From IMG/VR virus record IMGVR_UViG_3300040985_002734, positions 1-25,578 of that record: a stretch of DNA of 25,578 bases. One strand, given 5' to 3'. The notes below the pieces were generated by a model. The model made no database searches and was not told where the DNA came from. It saw nothing but the letters and a program-made list of their open reading frames with translations. The translations under genes and the position numbers were made by a program. This document shows, in pieces, positions 1 to 9,330 of the stretch; within the stretch, counting starts at the first letter, position 1; each line of letters opens with the position of its first letter. The DNA is from a virus. Taxonomy: Duplodnaviria > Caudoviricetes.

Positions 1-24
1 GCGTCAGATGTGTATAAGAGACAG
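1..24 (+). other. Nextera/Tn5 adapter remnant (sequencing artefact)
   Basis: GCGTCAGATGTGTATAAGAGACAG is the 3' end of the Nextera read-1 adapter, including the 19-bp Tn5 mosaic end (6-24). It creates the false N-terminus MCIRDR of ORF 8..322. Confidence 0.98.
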
Positions 25-322
25 GCATACGCCTCCGGTTGAAGGAGTAATAGGACAACCGTTTAATACACAGCCAATTACTGAAAATCAAATTTTTGAT
101 CAATTGCGTGATGATTATGAATCAGGAAATATGAGCGATGAAGCAATAGATAACATGAAAGATATATTGATAAATGAAGTAGCATCTGAGGGTGATGAGG
201 ATTTTTTCAAAGCAACAGCACGCTGCATGACTGGGCAACAATTAGGAGACCCAAATATTGACCTCAAAAATAAGATTGACAGAATTAAAAACTTGCAAGA
301 GGGGGACAAATGGCCTCTATAG
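25..322 (+). CDS. C-terminal fragment of a probable internal virion (ejection) protein, 5'-truncated
   Basis: Open frame from the adapter junction to TAG at 322, overlapping the next gene by 13 nt. Function is inferred from position only. Confidence 0.55.
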
Positions 323-2880
323 ACAATGGGTGCATAGATAAGGTAGCAGAATATGCAGATAAAGCATTTGGTAAAAATGTCTTAAATAAAATACAGATTG
401 GCCAGCTAATTAAACGGATTAGACGAGAGTCTAAAATTATAATGGATAATGGCGGTAAAACAGAAGAAGAAGCTATTAGTGAGGCATCAGGCAAAATATT
501 TGAACGTGCTAAACAATCAATAGAGTTTTCAAAGAAGAGATTTGCCAAGACAGCTATAAGAGTTAATCAAATCAATGCATCTTGGGATCGTCAGTCTGAT
601 CCAGTGGACATTGTCAACACCGTCAACAAAAACTTATCTCACGATAACACCGCCAATAGTTTGCTTAACAGCACTTATGGAAAAACTGTTGGCCTAATTA
701 AGCAGCTTAAAGATGAAAATCTATTAGACTATGCACGGAACCCAAAAAATGAGTTCGCTATGGGTGAGCAAATTTGGAGCAAAAATTATGATGACAGTCT
801 AAATGGAAAAGTGGCGAAGATATTCAATAATTTTAATTCTGAGCTAGTCCAAATTATGCGCGACACTGGAGTAAATGTAGAGGAGATAGAGAACTACATG
901 GGTTTTCAGCGTCATGATCCCGATAAGATTTTCCACGTGCCTAATTATATCTATAGACGCTTGCGCGGCCTAAATCGCAAAGTCACAAGAGAGGAGAGGG
1001 AGGAGTTCGCAAGAAAACGATGGGTAGACTTCCAATTGCAAAAATTAGACTTACAAAAAACCTTTCCTGAGGCAAGCAATAACATAGAAGCTTATAGATC
1101 TGAATTGGAAAAACGTTTTAACGAGATGGCTCAAAGGTCAGTGGGCATTATTGACAGTTCACAAAACGTGGTCAAAGCTTCAAAATTCTCTTCTCGGGTA
1201 GCTGGCAAACCGCGTACCTATCAATACAAAGATGCGGCTAGCTGGTTAGATTATCAAAAGCAGTACGGAGGAGGCAGCCTATATCAAAATATGGTAGATC
1301 ATGTAAATGACATATCAAGGAAATTAGAGGTAATGAAATTTTATGGTCCCGACCCAGAGTACACCCACAATCGAATGCTTGCTAAATTAAAGCAATTTAA
1401 TGATGATAATATAGGATCGTTTAAAGGTGAGATAGAAGGTGGAAAAAAATACATCAAAGCTAAACAAGAGCTAGACCAATTATATAGATTTTCGACTGGC
1501 CAAGTAGCAGGGGACAGAAGCACCTCATTAGCAGGTTTAAAAAGTTTTTTTAGCCTGTTGGTTACATTTTCTAGGGCCGGAAACCTTCTACCAAAGATTT
1601 TGTTTAAAGATACCGCAACTTTAATGACTCAAAATCGCACTATAAATGGTCAAACTTTTACAGGTTCATTACTTAATACCATGTCTGCACTTAAAAGTTT
1701 TGTAAACAAAAAAGATTTAAAGCAAGCATATGAAGAAGCTGGTTTCTCTTTCGAGGCAATACCAGGAGCTACATTTAATCCTTTTGATTCATTGCAGAAT
1801 CCTGAGTCTAAGGTAGGAAAAGTCATATCTGGGTATTATGCAGCCAATCTCGTTACTAGATGGGACAAGGTAGCTAGAGCAACATTTGCTGTTGGTCAGA
1901 TGAGGCAATTTTGGAATCTTAAGCACTTATCATTTGATGACCTACCTCCGGGGATAAAGGGAACGATGAATGTTTATGGTATGGCAAATGATGAATGGGA
2001 CTTGCTTAGAAAAAATGCAGTTACCCTTAATAGAAAAAAGATTTTGTCACCTGAGTCAATCCTTAATACTTCAGATGAAGAAATTTTGAACTATGCCTCC
2101 AAAAACAAACTATTAAAAAAAGGGGATAAATCTCAACAATCAGTAGACTTTATACGCAAAGACCTCTATTACTCGCTTAGAAGGATGATTGCGGACCAAG
2201 GTAACTATATAATCTTTCACCCTGACGCCTTGTTAAGAGCGCAAAAAAATGAATATTTGTCAGGCAAAAGCCCCATGAGCAAGTTAATGGCTCATATATT
2301 TCTTCAAATGAAGGGATTCCAGATGTCTACCTACAATCGCTTGTGGAAACCCATGCTTGGAAGCAATTTTACAGGCAGCCAAAAAGTCTTAAACATAGCA
2401 TCTGTTATTGCTGCCAACGCCGCTTTTTCATATTTAGGGTACTCAATAAAGCAATTAGCTGAAGAGAATAGAACACCGCAACTACCTTGGGGGCAAGATG
2501 GGCTAAGCTTAAACAAATCTATTGATATGATGGCACCCCCTATGGGAATGTTAGGCGAAATGATTAAGACAGCTGCATTAAATCCTGATGAATTAGGATC
2601 AAGCCTGGAAGGTCCAGCCGCTGGATCAGTAGTTGATTTCGCCAAGTGGATGAATTCAATGTTTTCATCAGAAAAAAGCTGGACCCAGAGACATCAAACC
2701 AAGTGGGAAATCACCAAAAAATTTGCTGAAAAAGATTTAAACCCTGCAAAGCTGCCATATTTAATAGCCGCGTGGAACTGGTACGTTAACTACGCGATGG
2801 ACCCTGAAGGTTATAATAGGCAGCAAAATAAAATAAATGAAAAAACCCATACCCAACAAATATATGACCCAGGAGCTTAA
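310..2880 (+). CDS. Large internal virion/ejection protein (856 aa)
   Basis: Large, probably helical protein directly before the tail fibre. Motifs YMGFQRHDPDKI, RTYQYKDAASWLDYQKQYG and MKFYGPDPE resemble those of BPP-1-like large virion proteins. SD GAGGGG upstream. Confidence 0.7.
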   Translation: MASIDNGCIDKVAEYADKAFGKNVLNKIQIGQLIKRIRRESKIIMDNGGKTEEEAISEASGKIFERAKQSIEFSKKRFAKTAIRVNQINASWDRQSDPVDIVNTVNKNLSHDNTANSLLNSTYGKTVGLIKQLKDENLLDYARNPKNEFAMGEQIWSKNYDDSLNGKVAKIFNNFNSELVQIMRDTGVNVEEIENYMGFQRHDPDKIFHVPNYIYRRLRGLNRKVTREEREEFARKRWVDFQLQKLDLQKTFPEASNNIEAYRSELEKRFNEMAQRSVGIIDSSQNVVKASKFSSRVAGKPRTYQYKDAASWLDYQKQYGGGSLYQNMVDHVNDISRKLEVMKFYGPDPEYTHNRMLAKLKQFNDDNIGSFKGEIEGGKKYIKAKQELDQLYRFSTGQVAGDRSTSLAGLKSFFSLLVTFSRAGNLLPKILFKDTATLMTQNRTINGQTFTGSLLNTMSALKSFVNKKDLKQAYEEAGFSFEAIPGATFNPFDSLQNPESKVGKVISGYYAANLVTRWDKVARATFAVGQMRQFWNLKHLSFDDLPPGIKGTMNVYGMANDEWDLLRKNAVTLNRKKILSPESILNTSDEEILNYASKNKLLKKGDKSQQSVDFIRKDLYYSLRRMIADQGNYIIFHPDALLRAQKNEYLSGKSPMSKLMAHIFLQMKGFQMSTYNRLWKPMLGSNFTGSQKVLNIASVIAANAAFSYLGYSIKQLAEENRTPQLPWGQDGLSLNKSIDMMAPPMGMLGEMIKTAALNPDELGSSLEGPAAGSVVDFAKWMNSMFSSEKSWTQRHQTKWEITKKFAEKDLNPAKLPYLIAAWNWYVNYAMDPEGYNRQQNKINEKTHTQQIYDPGA

Positions 2881-2882
2881 TT

Positions 2883-3962
2883 ATGACTGTAGAATCAACC
2901 CTTACCCTACGCTATACAATTTCAAATAATGGTGGGGTACATTATCCCATCCCTATGCGAATCCAGACTAAAGACGATATCACCATTGATCTCATTGAGA
3001 CTGGCACCACAACAACTTTAGACCCGGCCAAGTATTCGGTTAGCGCAATTACGGAGTCTTCTTTTCTGCTTACTGTTGTCCAAACCGGGGATATTCCAGT
3101 GGCCCCAGATAGCGCGGAAGTAAGATTAATGTGGCCTTTAGAGCGCACTGTAGATTACCCATCGGGCACAATATCTTCTACTGAGTTTAATGCCAATGGC
3201 GACTCCGAAGTGATCGGCACCATGGCGCGAATCCAGGAATCTACACAATTATTTTTAGCGTTAAACCCATACGATTCACGGTGGGCGAATACAGGAGTAG
3301 ATCGCTACCCAACAGCTGATTATGACTCCGGCAAAGATCTAGCTATCACCATGAAGTGGGGTGATCAACCGAAATGGTCAGAACTTGCGACCGGCGAAGA
3401 TTTGAGTGCTTTGCAAGCTGAAGTTGATACAAATACAGCCGGCATAGCCACTAATGGGGCTAGTATAGCAACTAATGTAACTAGTATAGCTGCTAACTTA
3501 GCTAGTATAGCCACTAATACAACTAGTATAACTAGCAACGCAAATAGTATTGCCAGTGCCACGGCTGGTGTAGCAACTAATGTAACTAGTATAGCTGCTA
3601 ACACCTCTGATATATCAACGAACACATCTGCAATAGTCACTGTTGCGGCTCGGGTGACAGAAAATGAGTCCGTACTAAATTCGTATTCTTTTCCGACAGC
3701 AAACAATCTTTTTGGAGTAACTAGTGGGATTCATCCTTTAGGGGTACACCCTGAACTTGCCATGAAAGCTATGGGGCTCTTAAGTGGCCAAGATGTGCCT
3801 TTTTATTCTAGCGAACTGCATCATAGCGGAGCTAATTATATTTCGACTGTGGATATAACTGTATCCCCACCAACATTTTCTAATGTACAAGCAGATCTTA
3901 ACGATCTTCTTGAAGAAATTGTAACCCTGAAAGCTCGCCTTGATGCTTTGGAAGCACAATAA
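2883..3962 (+). CDS. Tail fibre protein (T7 gp17-like N-terminal anchor, trimeric coiled-coil shaft)
   Basis: N-terminal anchor-like region (YPIPMRIQTKDDITI), central IATNxxS heptads, C-terminal coiled coil LLEEIVTLKARLDALE. Lies between ejection proteins and lysin. Confidence 0.75.
   Translation: MTVESTLTLRYTISNNGGVHYPIPMRIQTKDDITIDLIETGTTTTLDPAKYSVSAITESSFLLTVVQTGDIPVAPDSAEVRLMWPLERTVDYPSGTISSTEFNANGDSEVIGTMARIQESTQLFLALNPYDSRWANTGVDRYPTADYDSGKDLAITMKWGDQPKWSELATGEDLSALQAEVDTNTAGIATNGASIATNVTSIAANLASIATNTTSITSNANSIASATAGVATNVTSIAANTSDISTNTSAIVTVAARVTENESVLNSYSFPTANNLFGVTSGIHPLGVHPELAMKAMGLLSGQDVPFYSSELHHSGANYISTVDITVSPPTFSNVQADLNDLLEEIVTLKARLDALEAQ
3430..3640 (+). repeat. Imperfect 21-bp (heptad) tandem repeat in the tail fibre gene
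   Basis: Units like ACTAGTATAGCNNCTAAY. Exact 32-bp copies of TAGCAACTAATGTAACTAGTATAGCTGCTAAC at 3466-3497 and 3571-3602 (105 bp = 5 heptads apart). Confidence 0.9.
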
Positions 3963-4441
3963 TGATCAATATAATGGATCTTAGAAGTTACATTATAGAG
4001 GTGGCTTTAAAAGAAATTGACATGTATAGCGATGATGCTGTGCATTTATTGCTAGTCACAGCTGCCCTAGAGTCTGATTTAGGTTTTCACTTAAAACAAA
4101 CAAATGGGCCAGCTTTAGGAATATATCAAATGGAACCGGATACACACGATGATATATGGGATAGCGTTTTAGCTTATAATTCAAACAAATTGCAAAGAAT
4201 GATAGGTTCAGGCAACGGATTCAGCGCACCTGGACGAATGATATATGACCTAAAATATGCCACATGCATGGCTAGAGTTTTGTACTCACGATTTAAAGAC
4301 GCCATCCCTGGCAAGCAAGATACCGATTCAATTATACACTATTATCTAAAATATTGGAAACCCAACCCAAAGGTGATGACATTTGACAAAGCAAAAATTA
4401 AATATAAATACTATTTTGGATCAGGAATACAACATAACTAA
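3962..4441 (+). CDS. Endolysin, lysozyme-like / lytic transglycosylase fold
   Basis: TAALES (catalytic Glu motif) followed by GPALGIYQMEPDTHDDIW. TAATG coupling to the tail fibre gene. Confidence 0.8.
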   Translation: MINIMDLRSYIIEVALKEIDMYSDDAVHLLLVTAALESDLGFHLKQTNGPALGIYQMEPDTHDDIWDSVLAYNSNKLQRMIGSGNGFSAPGRMIYDLKYATCMARVLYSRFKDAIPGKQDTDSIIHYYLKYWKPNPKVMTFDKAKIKYKYYFGSGIQHN

Positions 4442-4451
4442 GGAGAATAAA

Positions 4452-4709
4452 ATGGATAAAAAACCACCGTTAAAACCTATTAAGGACGTTAAAAAACCTA
4501 AGAAAAAAGCCAAGGGCTCTAGTGCTACATTAAAGATTAGTTTAAAAGATGGCACTGTTAAAGTTTTGGCTTTATTTGCCTTGACATTTGGTGTACAATT
4601 TTTGCCCATACCTTTGTCTAGCATAAAATTACTCACACATAGCACAGAGCTGTATTCAATAGGATTTCTTGTGTTAGAATTGTGGCATGGATTTAATAAC
4701 CGAGCTTAA
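4452..4709 (+). CDS. Putative holin / small membrane protein (85 aa)
   Basis: SD AGGAG at 4441-4445 favours ATG 4452 over the track start. Lys-rich N-terminus, then hydrophobic segments VLALFALTFGVQFLPIPL and LYSIGFLVLELW. Follows the endolysin. Confidence 0.45.
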   Translation: MDKKPPLKPIKDVKKPKKKAKGSSATLKISLKDGTVKVLALFALTFGVQFLPIPLSSIKLLTHSTELYSIGFLVLELWHGFNNRA

Positions 4710-6063
4710 TTTCAATTTTACGCCAAGAGCATATCAGCAACCAGTTTTTGACTTCATGGTTAATCAGGGTGGCAAGTATGGCATTATTGTGTGGCCGCGC
4801 GGGCACGGCAAGGATAGAGTGTACTTTACTATAGTGCTCTACCAGGCCATGCAGAGAGTTGCGCAATATATCTACGCTTTTCCATATCTGGGACAAGCTA
4901 GAACAGCTTTGTGGGACACAATTGATGCGGATGGCAAAAGGCCCATTGATTATATCCCTAAAGAGTTGCTATTTCGTGAGCCAAATCAAACAAGAATGGA
5001 AATTGTTTTGCGGTCTCCATATGATCTTAGCAAACCTGGATCAATCATTAAACTTGTTGGTACCAATGATGGTGGGCTATCTCAGAGGGGTCCAAACTAT
5101 GCAGGTGTAGTTTTGTCAGAAGCAGCATTTATGAAGGCTGATGTTCAAGAGGTTTTTTCAGGCAGGTTAGCGCAAAACAATGGCTGGCTTCTGCTAAACT
5201 CCACAGTTAATGGCCGAAACTGGTTCTATGATGCTTACCAAAAAAATAGAGACGCAAAAAATACTTTTACCCAATATTTGACACACCTAGACTGCACAGA
5301 TGATAGCGGAAATTTGATTATCTCGCAGGAAAGTGCAGATAATATGGTTCGCTCTGGGCAGCTCTCCGAAGCAGGCTATAAGCGCGAACTCTTGAATGAC
5401 TGGGACGCCGGGGATGATTTAGCAACTTTTAGAAAACCTTTAGCCAAGGCTGTGGATGAAGGAAGAATAAGCGCAGACCTTAAAGTTATTCCCAACATTC
5501 CCGTGCAGACTTTTTGGGATATCGGGGTTAATAGCGTCAGTGGAAGAACTGCTATTTGGTTTGTGCAGTTGCATCCAAATGATCAAATACATTTTTTAGA
5601 TTATTATGAATCGTATGACGAGCCGACAAGTCATTATACAAATTATATACATAAATGGGCGCAAGAACGCACGCTAATGATTGGCAAGCAATTCCTACCT
5701 CATGATGCAGCCAAGCGTTCATTGACTGATACTAAGTTGGACACGTACGAGCAAAAAATTAAAATGGCCTCATTAGGATCTGGAACTAAAGTAATTCCGC
5801 GAATCAAAGAGAAGGTATTAGCTTTCGATGAAACCCATAAACGGTTTAGAAAATATTGGTTTCATCTCCCAGACTGCGATTATGGTGTAGAAATGCTTAG
5901 AATATATCGGGGAAATGTCGGTGGTACTCTATCTAAAGTGCAATCGCATTGCATAGACGCGTTCTTGGCAGTCGGACAACATTTAGCAATTGATGATAAA
6001 AATAACAGTCGAAACTATAAGCCTGGTATGGTTGTTCAAAATAAAACATCTGCTTTTGACTAA
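4687..6063 (+). CDS. terL: Terminase large subunit
   Basis: Walker A WPRGHGKD, Walker B VVLSEAA, coupling motif NSTVNGRNWFY, nuclease motifs TFWDIG, LPHDA and SHCIDAF. Confidence 0.93.
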   Translation: MDLITELNFNFTPRAYQQPVFDFMVNQGGKYGIIVWPRGHGKDRVYFTIVLYQAMQRVAQYIYAFPYLGQARTALWDTIDADGKRPIDYIPKELLFREPNQTRMEIVLRSPYDLSKPGSIIKLVGTNDGGLSQRGPNYAGVVLSEAAFMKADVQEVFSGRLAQNNGWLLLNSTVNGRNWFYDAYQKNRDAKNTFTQYLTHLDCTDDSGNLIISQESADNMVRSGQLSEAGYKRELLNDWDAGDDLATFRKPLAKAVDEGRISADLKVIPNIPVQTFWDIGVNSVSGRTAIWFVQLHPNDQIHFLDYYESYDEPTSHYTNYIHKWAQERTLMIGKQFLPHDAAKRSLTDTKLDTYEQKIKMASLGSGTKVIPRIKEKVLAFDETHKRFRKYWFHLPDCDYGVEMLRIYRGNVGGTLSKVQSHCIDAFLAVGQHLAIDDKNNSRNYKPGMVVQNKTSAFD

Positions 6064-6506
6064 TGCGCTCTAAAACATCTGGCCTTTATGTCGCGGGCCG
6101 ATGGTATCGTTGCTGCAAAATAAAATTCCCAGTATTTATTGAACTCAACGGGCAGAGATGAGCTCATTTTAAATTCTAAGTTAAGATAAGGTTCTTTTAA
6201 ATAATCTCGTACATAATTTTCAGCTTGCATTTGCACAAACATCAAATCCGCTGGTGTAAATTTGGAGCCGGGAGCATCGTTGAGTTTATTGGGCTCTAAA
6301 AAAAGATCGTAATACTTTGTTATGAGATTCACCAAAAAAACTGAATGAGAGCGACTCCAAAAAATGTGAGCAGAAAATTCGCCATAAAATGCAGATGTTA
6401 AGTGGACAAAAGAAGAACATTTAGATTGTATCGGATCTATTATATCCGGCACAACATTCTTCAAATGTACAATTTTTTCATTGGTTTTATGTTTATTAAT
6501 ATTCAT
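6060..6506 (-). CDS. Hypothetical protein (about 148 aa)
   Basis: ORF with SD AGGAG 9 nt before ATG 6506 (the track start at 6536 lacks an SD). Stop overlaps the terL stop by 4 nt. No recognisable motif. Confidence 0.6.
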   Translation of the reverse strand: MNINKHKTNEKIVHLKNVVPDIIDPIQSKCSSFVHLTSAFYGEFSAHIFWSRSHSVFLVNLITKYYDLFLEPNKLNDAPGSKFTPADLMFVQMQAENYVRDYLKEPYLNLEFKMSSSLPVEFNKYWEFYFAATIPSARDIKARCFRAH

Positions 6507-6703
6507 AATTTGCTGCTCCTGCAAATAACTTACCAATTGTTATGCAAGAGCGCAAGCATTATCTCACACAAAGATTATTATATATCTTAATTTAATATTT
6601 TTTAGTATTATTTTTCATCAATATATACATTTATGACATTAAAAGAGCAGTTATAGTTTAACAAATAGATGTTTTTATTCGTAACAAAATGCTACCATAA
6701 CTA

Positions 6704-6756
6704 TAGCCCTCCTCTTTGGCACCCTGTGTTATCCCTATTTTGCAGGGTGTGGGCTA
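6704..6756 (-). other. Stem-loop at the 3' end of recT (possible terminator or processing site)
   Basis: Nested inverted repeats TAGCCC 6704-6709 / GGGCTA 6751-6756 and CACCCTG 6720-6726 / CAGGGTG 6743-6749. No clean U-tract. Confidence 0.35.
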
Positions 6757-7467
6757 CTCACTCCAGCCTAACGGATTGGGCAATCCTTTTTTTTCATGAT
6801 CATGTACCACTTCCGGCGCAGCCTCTACAGTTGTAGTTGTTATACCTATATTGGCCAAGGCTTTTGGTGCTGTCTTGATTAGTTTTCTTATCACCGTTTT
6901 TTTGCACATCTCGACAAATGATTTTTTCCAGGCGTTGCCACAAGTATAATCTAATCTATGACTATCGATTTGTGACCTAGAAAGAACACCTACCATTGTT
7001 CTTCCGTTTGAAAGTTCTATTTTGCACCACACCCCAACTAAGCACTTGTCGGATCGATCGACGCTAATATCAGGTTTATGGATTATACGAGTTTCTGTGC
7101 CATCAATTACGGTAAATTCTTCTCCTTTATAGACTGGATGAGCAACAACAAGGTCGCATAGCCCGCTTCGATATGCTAGCGCGCAGAAACCTATATAGCT
7201 TATGTCAAAAGTAAGTTGTCCGCCTCTTGGAACTAAATAACACTCTTTATGCAGCAAACTAAGCTTAGTTTCAGCCAAAGCCAGTATGCATGATATGATG
7301 CTGCCTTCACTGCATCCGCGAATACTGCGCTCCTGCGCACCAAAACGTTGCAAGCTGGATACAAATGTCGCGCATTCTTCTTTTGTGGAGAAAAAATCAG
7401 CAAGCTTTCTGTAAAGATCAGGGGAATTGTCAGGCTTAAGAACCTCTAGAAATTTATTCATTATCAT
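6754..7467 (-). CDS. recT: RecT-family ssDNA annealing recombinase
   Basis: CSEGSIISCILALA, CYLVP, FDISYIGFCALAYRSG, AHPVYKGEEF and AWKKSFVEMCKKTVIRKLIK match the RecT pattern. Adjacent to an exonuclease gene. Confidence 0.92.
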   Translation of the reverse strand: MIMNKFLEVLKPDNSPDLYRKLADFFSTKEECATFVSSLQRFGAQERSIRGCSEGSIISCILALAETKLSLLHKECYLVPRGGQLTFDISYIGFCALAYRSGLCDLVVAHPVYKGEEFTVIDGTETRIIHKPDISVDRSDKCLVGVWCKIELSNGRTMVGVLSRSQIDSHRLDYTCGNAWKKSFVEMCKKTVIRKLIKTAPKALANIGITTTTVEAAPEVVHDHEKKGLPNPLGWSE

Positions 7468-8272
7468 CTATCTCCATTTTATTATAATGTTCAAACGTAT
7501 ATCCGCGCGGCAAACTTAAGGTTGTTACTTTGCGCCTGTCATAGGCGGCCACAGCTTCTGGTTTAATGTTGAGAAGCTCTTCCTGAGTTAGGCCACGGGA
7601 CTTCAGTACAACACGCGCATTTTTAATTGCAAGATCATGTTGCTCCTTAGCCACCTCGTTAGCTTGCTCGTCAAACTCTACTATTTTAGAGTGGTGTGTA
7701 GATTTTTCTGATAGCAAAAAATAGAATTTTAGTTCTTCAAAAGGTATATCATAAACGTTAGAATACAGCAGCTTATAATGGTAAGCTTGTATATGATAAC
7801 CATATTGAGCTGCTGAATATTGAAACCCATCAATACTTGCGCAGGTCTTAAAATCAAATATTATATTATCGTGAGCGGCATCGAACTTTCCTTTTAACAA
7901 TAGGCCTTCATGATCACATATGCATATTTTTTCTTTCTCGGCATTAATCAATGCTGGAGAGTTATTAAAAGGAGCTACCCATAGCCGGGCCTCATCAACT
8001 TCCTTTTCTAGCACAACTTCTCGACCTGGATTCCCCTCTACCATTTTGTCAAATGCCTTGCTATTGACGGATTTTAGCGGGCAAACAACGTACCTCTCGT
8101 CAAAGCTTTCAGGCTCTAGCAATAAGCAATGTGCAAGAGATCCTCTTACCATGGGTCGCGTAGAGCCGCTGGCTCGGCCATCTAGAAAAAATCTGTAGCC
8201 GCTAAGCCAATTATGCACATCCCCCGAACCAAAAGCATAATGCTTATGATAATTTTCATCATTAATTTCCAT
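7454..8272 (-). CDS. PD-(D/E)xK exonuclease, RecE/exonuclease VIII C-terminal-like (DUF3799-like)
   Basis: NYH, RGSLAHCLLLEP, LKGKFD..IIFDFKT and YGYHIQAYHY motifs. Start set to ATG 8272 (TAATG coupling, G-rich SD). Confidence 0.88.
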   Translation of the reverse strand: MEINDENYHKHYAFGSGDVHNWLSGYRFFLDGRASGSTRPMVRGSLAHCLLLEPESFDERYVVCPLKSVNSKAFDKMVEGNPGREVVLEKEVDEARLWVAPFNNSPALINAEKEKICICDHEGLLLKGKFDAAHDNIIFDFKTCASIDGFQYSAAQYGYHIQAYHYKLLYSNVYDIPFEELKFYFLLSEKSTHHSKIVEFDEQANEVAKEQHDLAIKNARVVLKSRGLTQEELLNIKPEAVAAYDRRKVTTLSLPRGYTFEHYNKMEIDDNE

Positions 8273-8745
8273 TATTCCCCCCACGGCATAGAAAAACATT
8301 CAGCCCAAGCAGAGAATTTGTTGGTTAAATCCTGTAGGTTATTGTTATTTGAAAAGTATGGCGCTGATCTAACTTCTGCCAATTTAGCATCCATAATCCT
8401 CTCGATCGAATCCGCTATTTGATCTTCCAATGCCGCATATATTCCATCGACAATACAGACATCACGCTGTGTCAAATCTGAGGCGTGTGGTGAAGTTTTA
8501 GGATCAAGCACTAGGGTTGTCAGCATAGCACACAAAACGTTGCCATAATCGCCTTCTAGAGCCTCTGAAAGGGTTATCCCTTGCTGGTATCCGCTAAGGT
8601 GAGAAAAATACAGCATCGTCAGCCTGCGGCGCTCTGAAGCTCTAATAGCTGCAGGGTCCAAATTATAGACCGCGCCATCTTGATCAGTGTGATATTGCGT
8701 CTGCAAAATTAAAACGTAGTCCTCGAAATCTTGAAAGTGTTGCAT
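8272..8745 (-). CDS. Hypothetical protein, first gene of the recombination operon
   Basis: 157-aa ORF, SD AGGAGG at 8757-8752, coupled to the exonuclease gene. Confidence 0.75.
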   Translation of the reverse strand: MQHFQDFEDYVLILQTQYHTDQDGAVYNLDPAAIRASERRRLTMLYFSHLSGYQQGITLSEALEGDYGNVLCAMLTTLVLDPKTSPHASDLTQRDVCIVDGIYAALEDQIADSIERIMDAKLAEVRSAPYFSNNNNLQDLTNKFSAWAECFSMPWGE

Positions 8746-8775
8746 GAGTGTCCTCCTTTTGTTAGTGACACCTAT

Positions 8776-8805
8776 ACACTACTCTTTACTTATAGAGATG
8801 TAAAG
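8776..8805 (-). promoter_or_regulatory. Putative sigma70 promoter of the recombination operon, with an overlapping inverted repeat
   Basis: Minus strand TTTACA (8804-8799), 17 bp, TAGTGT (8781-8776). Inverted repeat CTTTAC 8784-8789 / GTAAAG 8800-8805. Confidence 0.5.
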
Positions 8806-9276
8806 CTATACTTGCAAGAAATTGTTAGAGCATTCAATTAAAAAATTTCCGTAACTGCATTCACAATTAATATGCAACCAATATAAACAAGATATATACT
8901 TGTTTAGCTCCATAGTATGATTTTTTATGTTAATAAAATGCTGAATGTAGCCACACTTAGTGTCAGTTTGCATCTGTTCAGATAATCCTAATTTTTGAGC
9001 AAATTTTAACATTCTGTATACAACAGGCATATTTTTAATGCCTTGAGCTTTACATATTTTAACAAAAGTAGAAAATCTAACACCTCTTCGCCTTTGTATA
9101 ATAGAATAAATACTAATATAGGACAAACCAAAGTTAGAATAGCACCACTCCTCCCTAGTTTGACCATTTTTTGACCAAACTTTCTCTGGTCCATTCTCAT
9201 AAGTGGCTTGCAGCCAATCTCTAATATAATCGGCTGGATCTTTAACAAAATTCTCTAAATTAGTTTGTTCTGACAT
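8806..9276 (-). CDS. Putative XRE-like helix-turn-helix transcriptional regulator
   Basis: TREEWCYSNFGLSYISIYSIIQRRRGVRFSTFVKICKAQGI resembles an XRE HTH. Divergent from the replication gene. No S24 peptidase motif seen. Confidence 0.5.
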   Translation of the reverse strand: MSEQTNLENFVKDPADYIRDWLQATYENGPEKVWSKNGQTREEWCYSNFGLSYISIYSIIQRRRGVRFSTFVKICKAQGIKNMPVVYRMLKFAQKLGLSEQMQTDTKCGYIQHFINIKNHTMELNKYISCLYWLHINCECSYGNFLIECSNNFLQV

Positions 9277-9330
9277 ATTGGCTTTCCCTCTTGTTTACTG
9301 TACTGTAAAGCCAAAGAGGAAATTTGTAAA
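9277..9330. promoter_or_regulatory. Compact divergent promoter/operator region
   Basis: Leftward TTTACA (9330-9325), 17 bp, TACAGT (9307-9302). Rightward TTGGCT (9278-9283), 17 bp, TACTGT (9301-9306). Inverted repeats TTGGCTTT/AAAGCCAA and TTTAC-N6-GTAAA. Confidence 0.5.

Noticed and set aside
6-24. Tn5/IS50 transposon end
   Set aside because: It is the synthetic mosaic end preceded by Nextera primer bases, and no transposase is present.
3430-3640. Non-coding repeat array
   Set aside because: The 21-bp period is explained by in-frame coiled-coil heptads.
2883-3962. BPP-1-like diversity-generating retroelement targeting the tail fibre
   Set aside because: No reverse transcriptase and no TR/VR pair with adenine-specific mismatches was seen.
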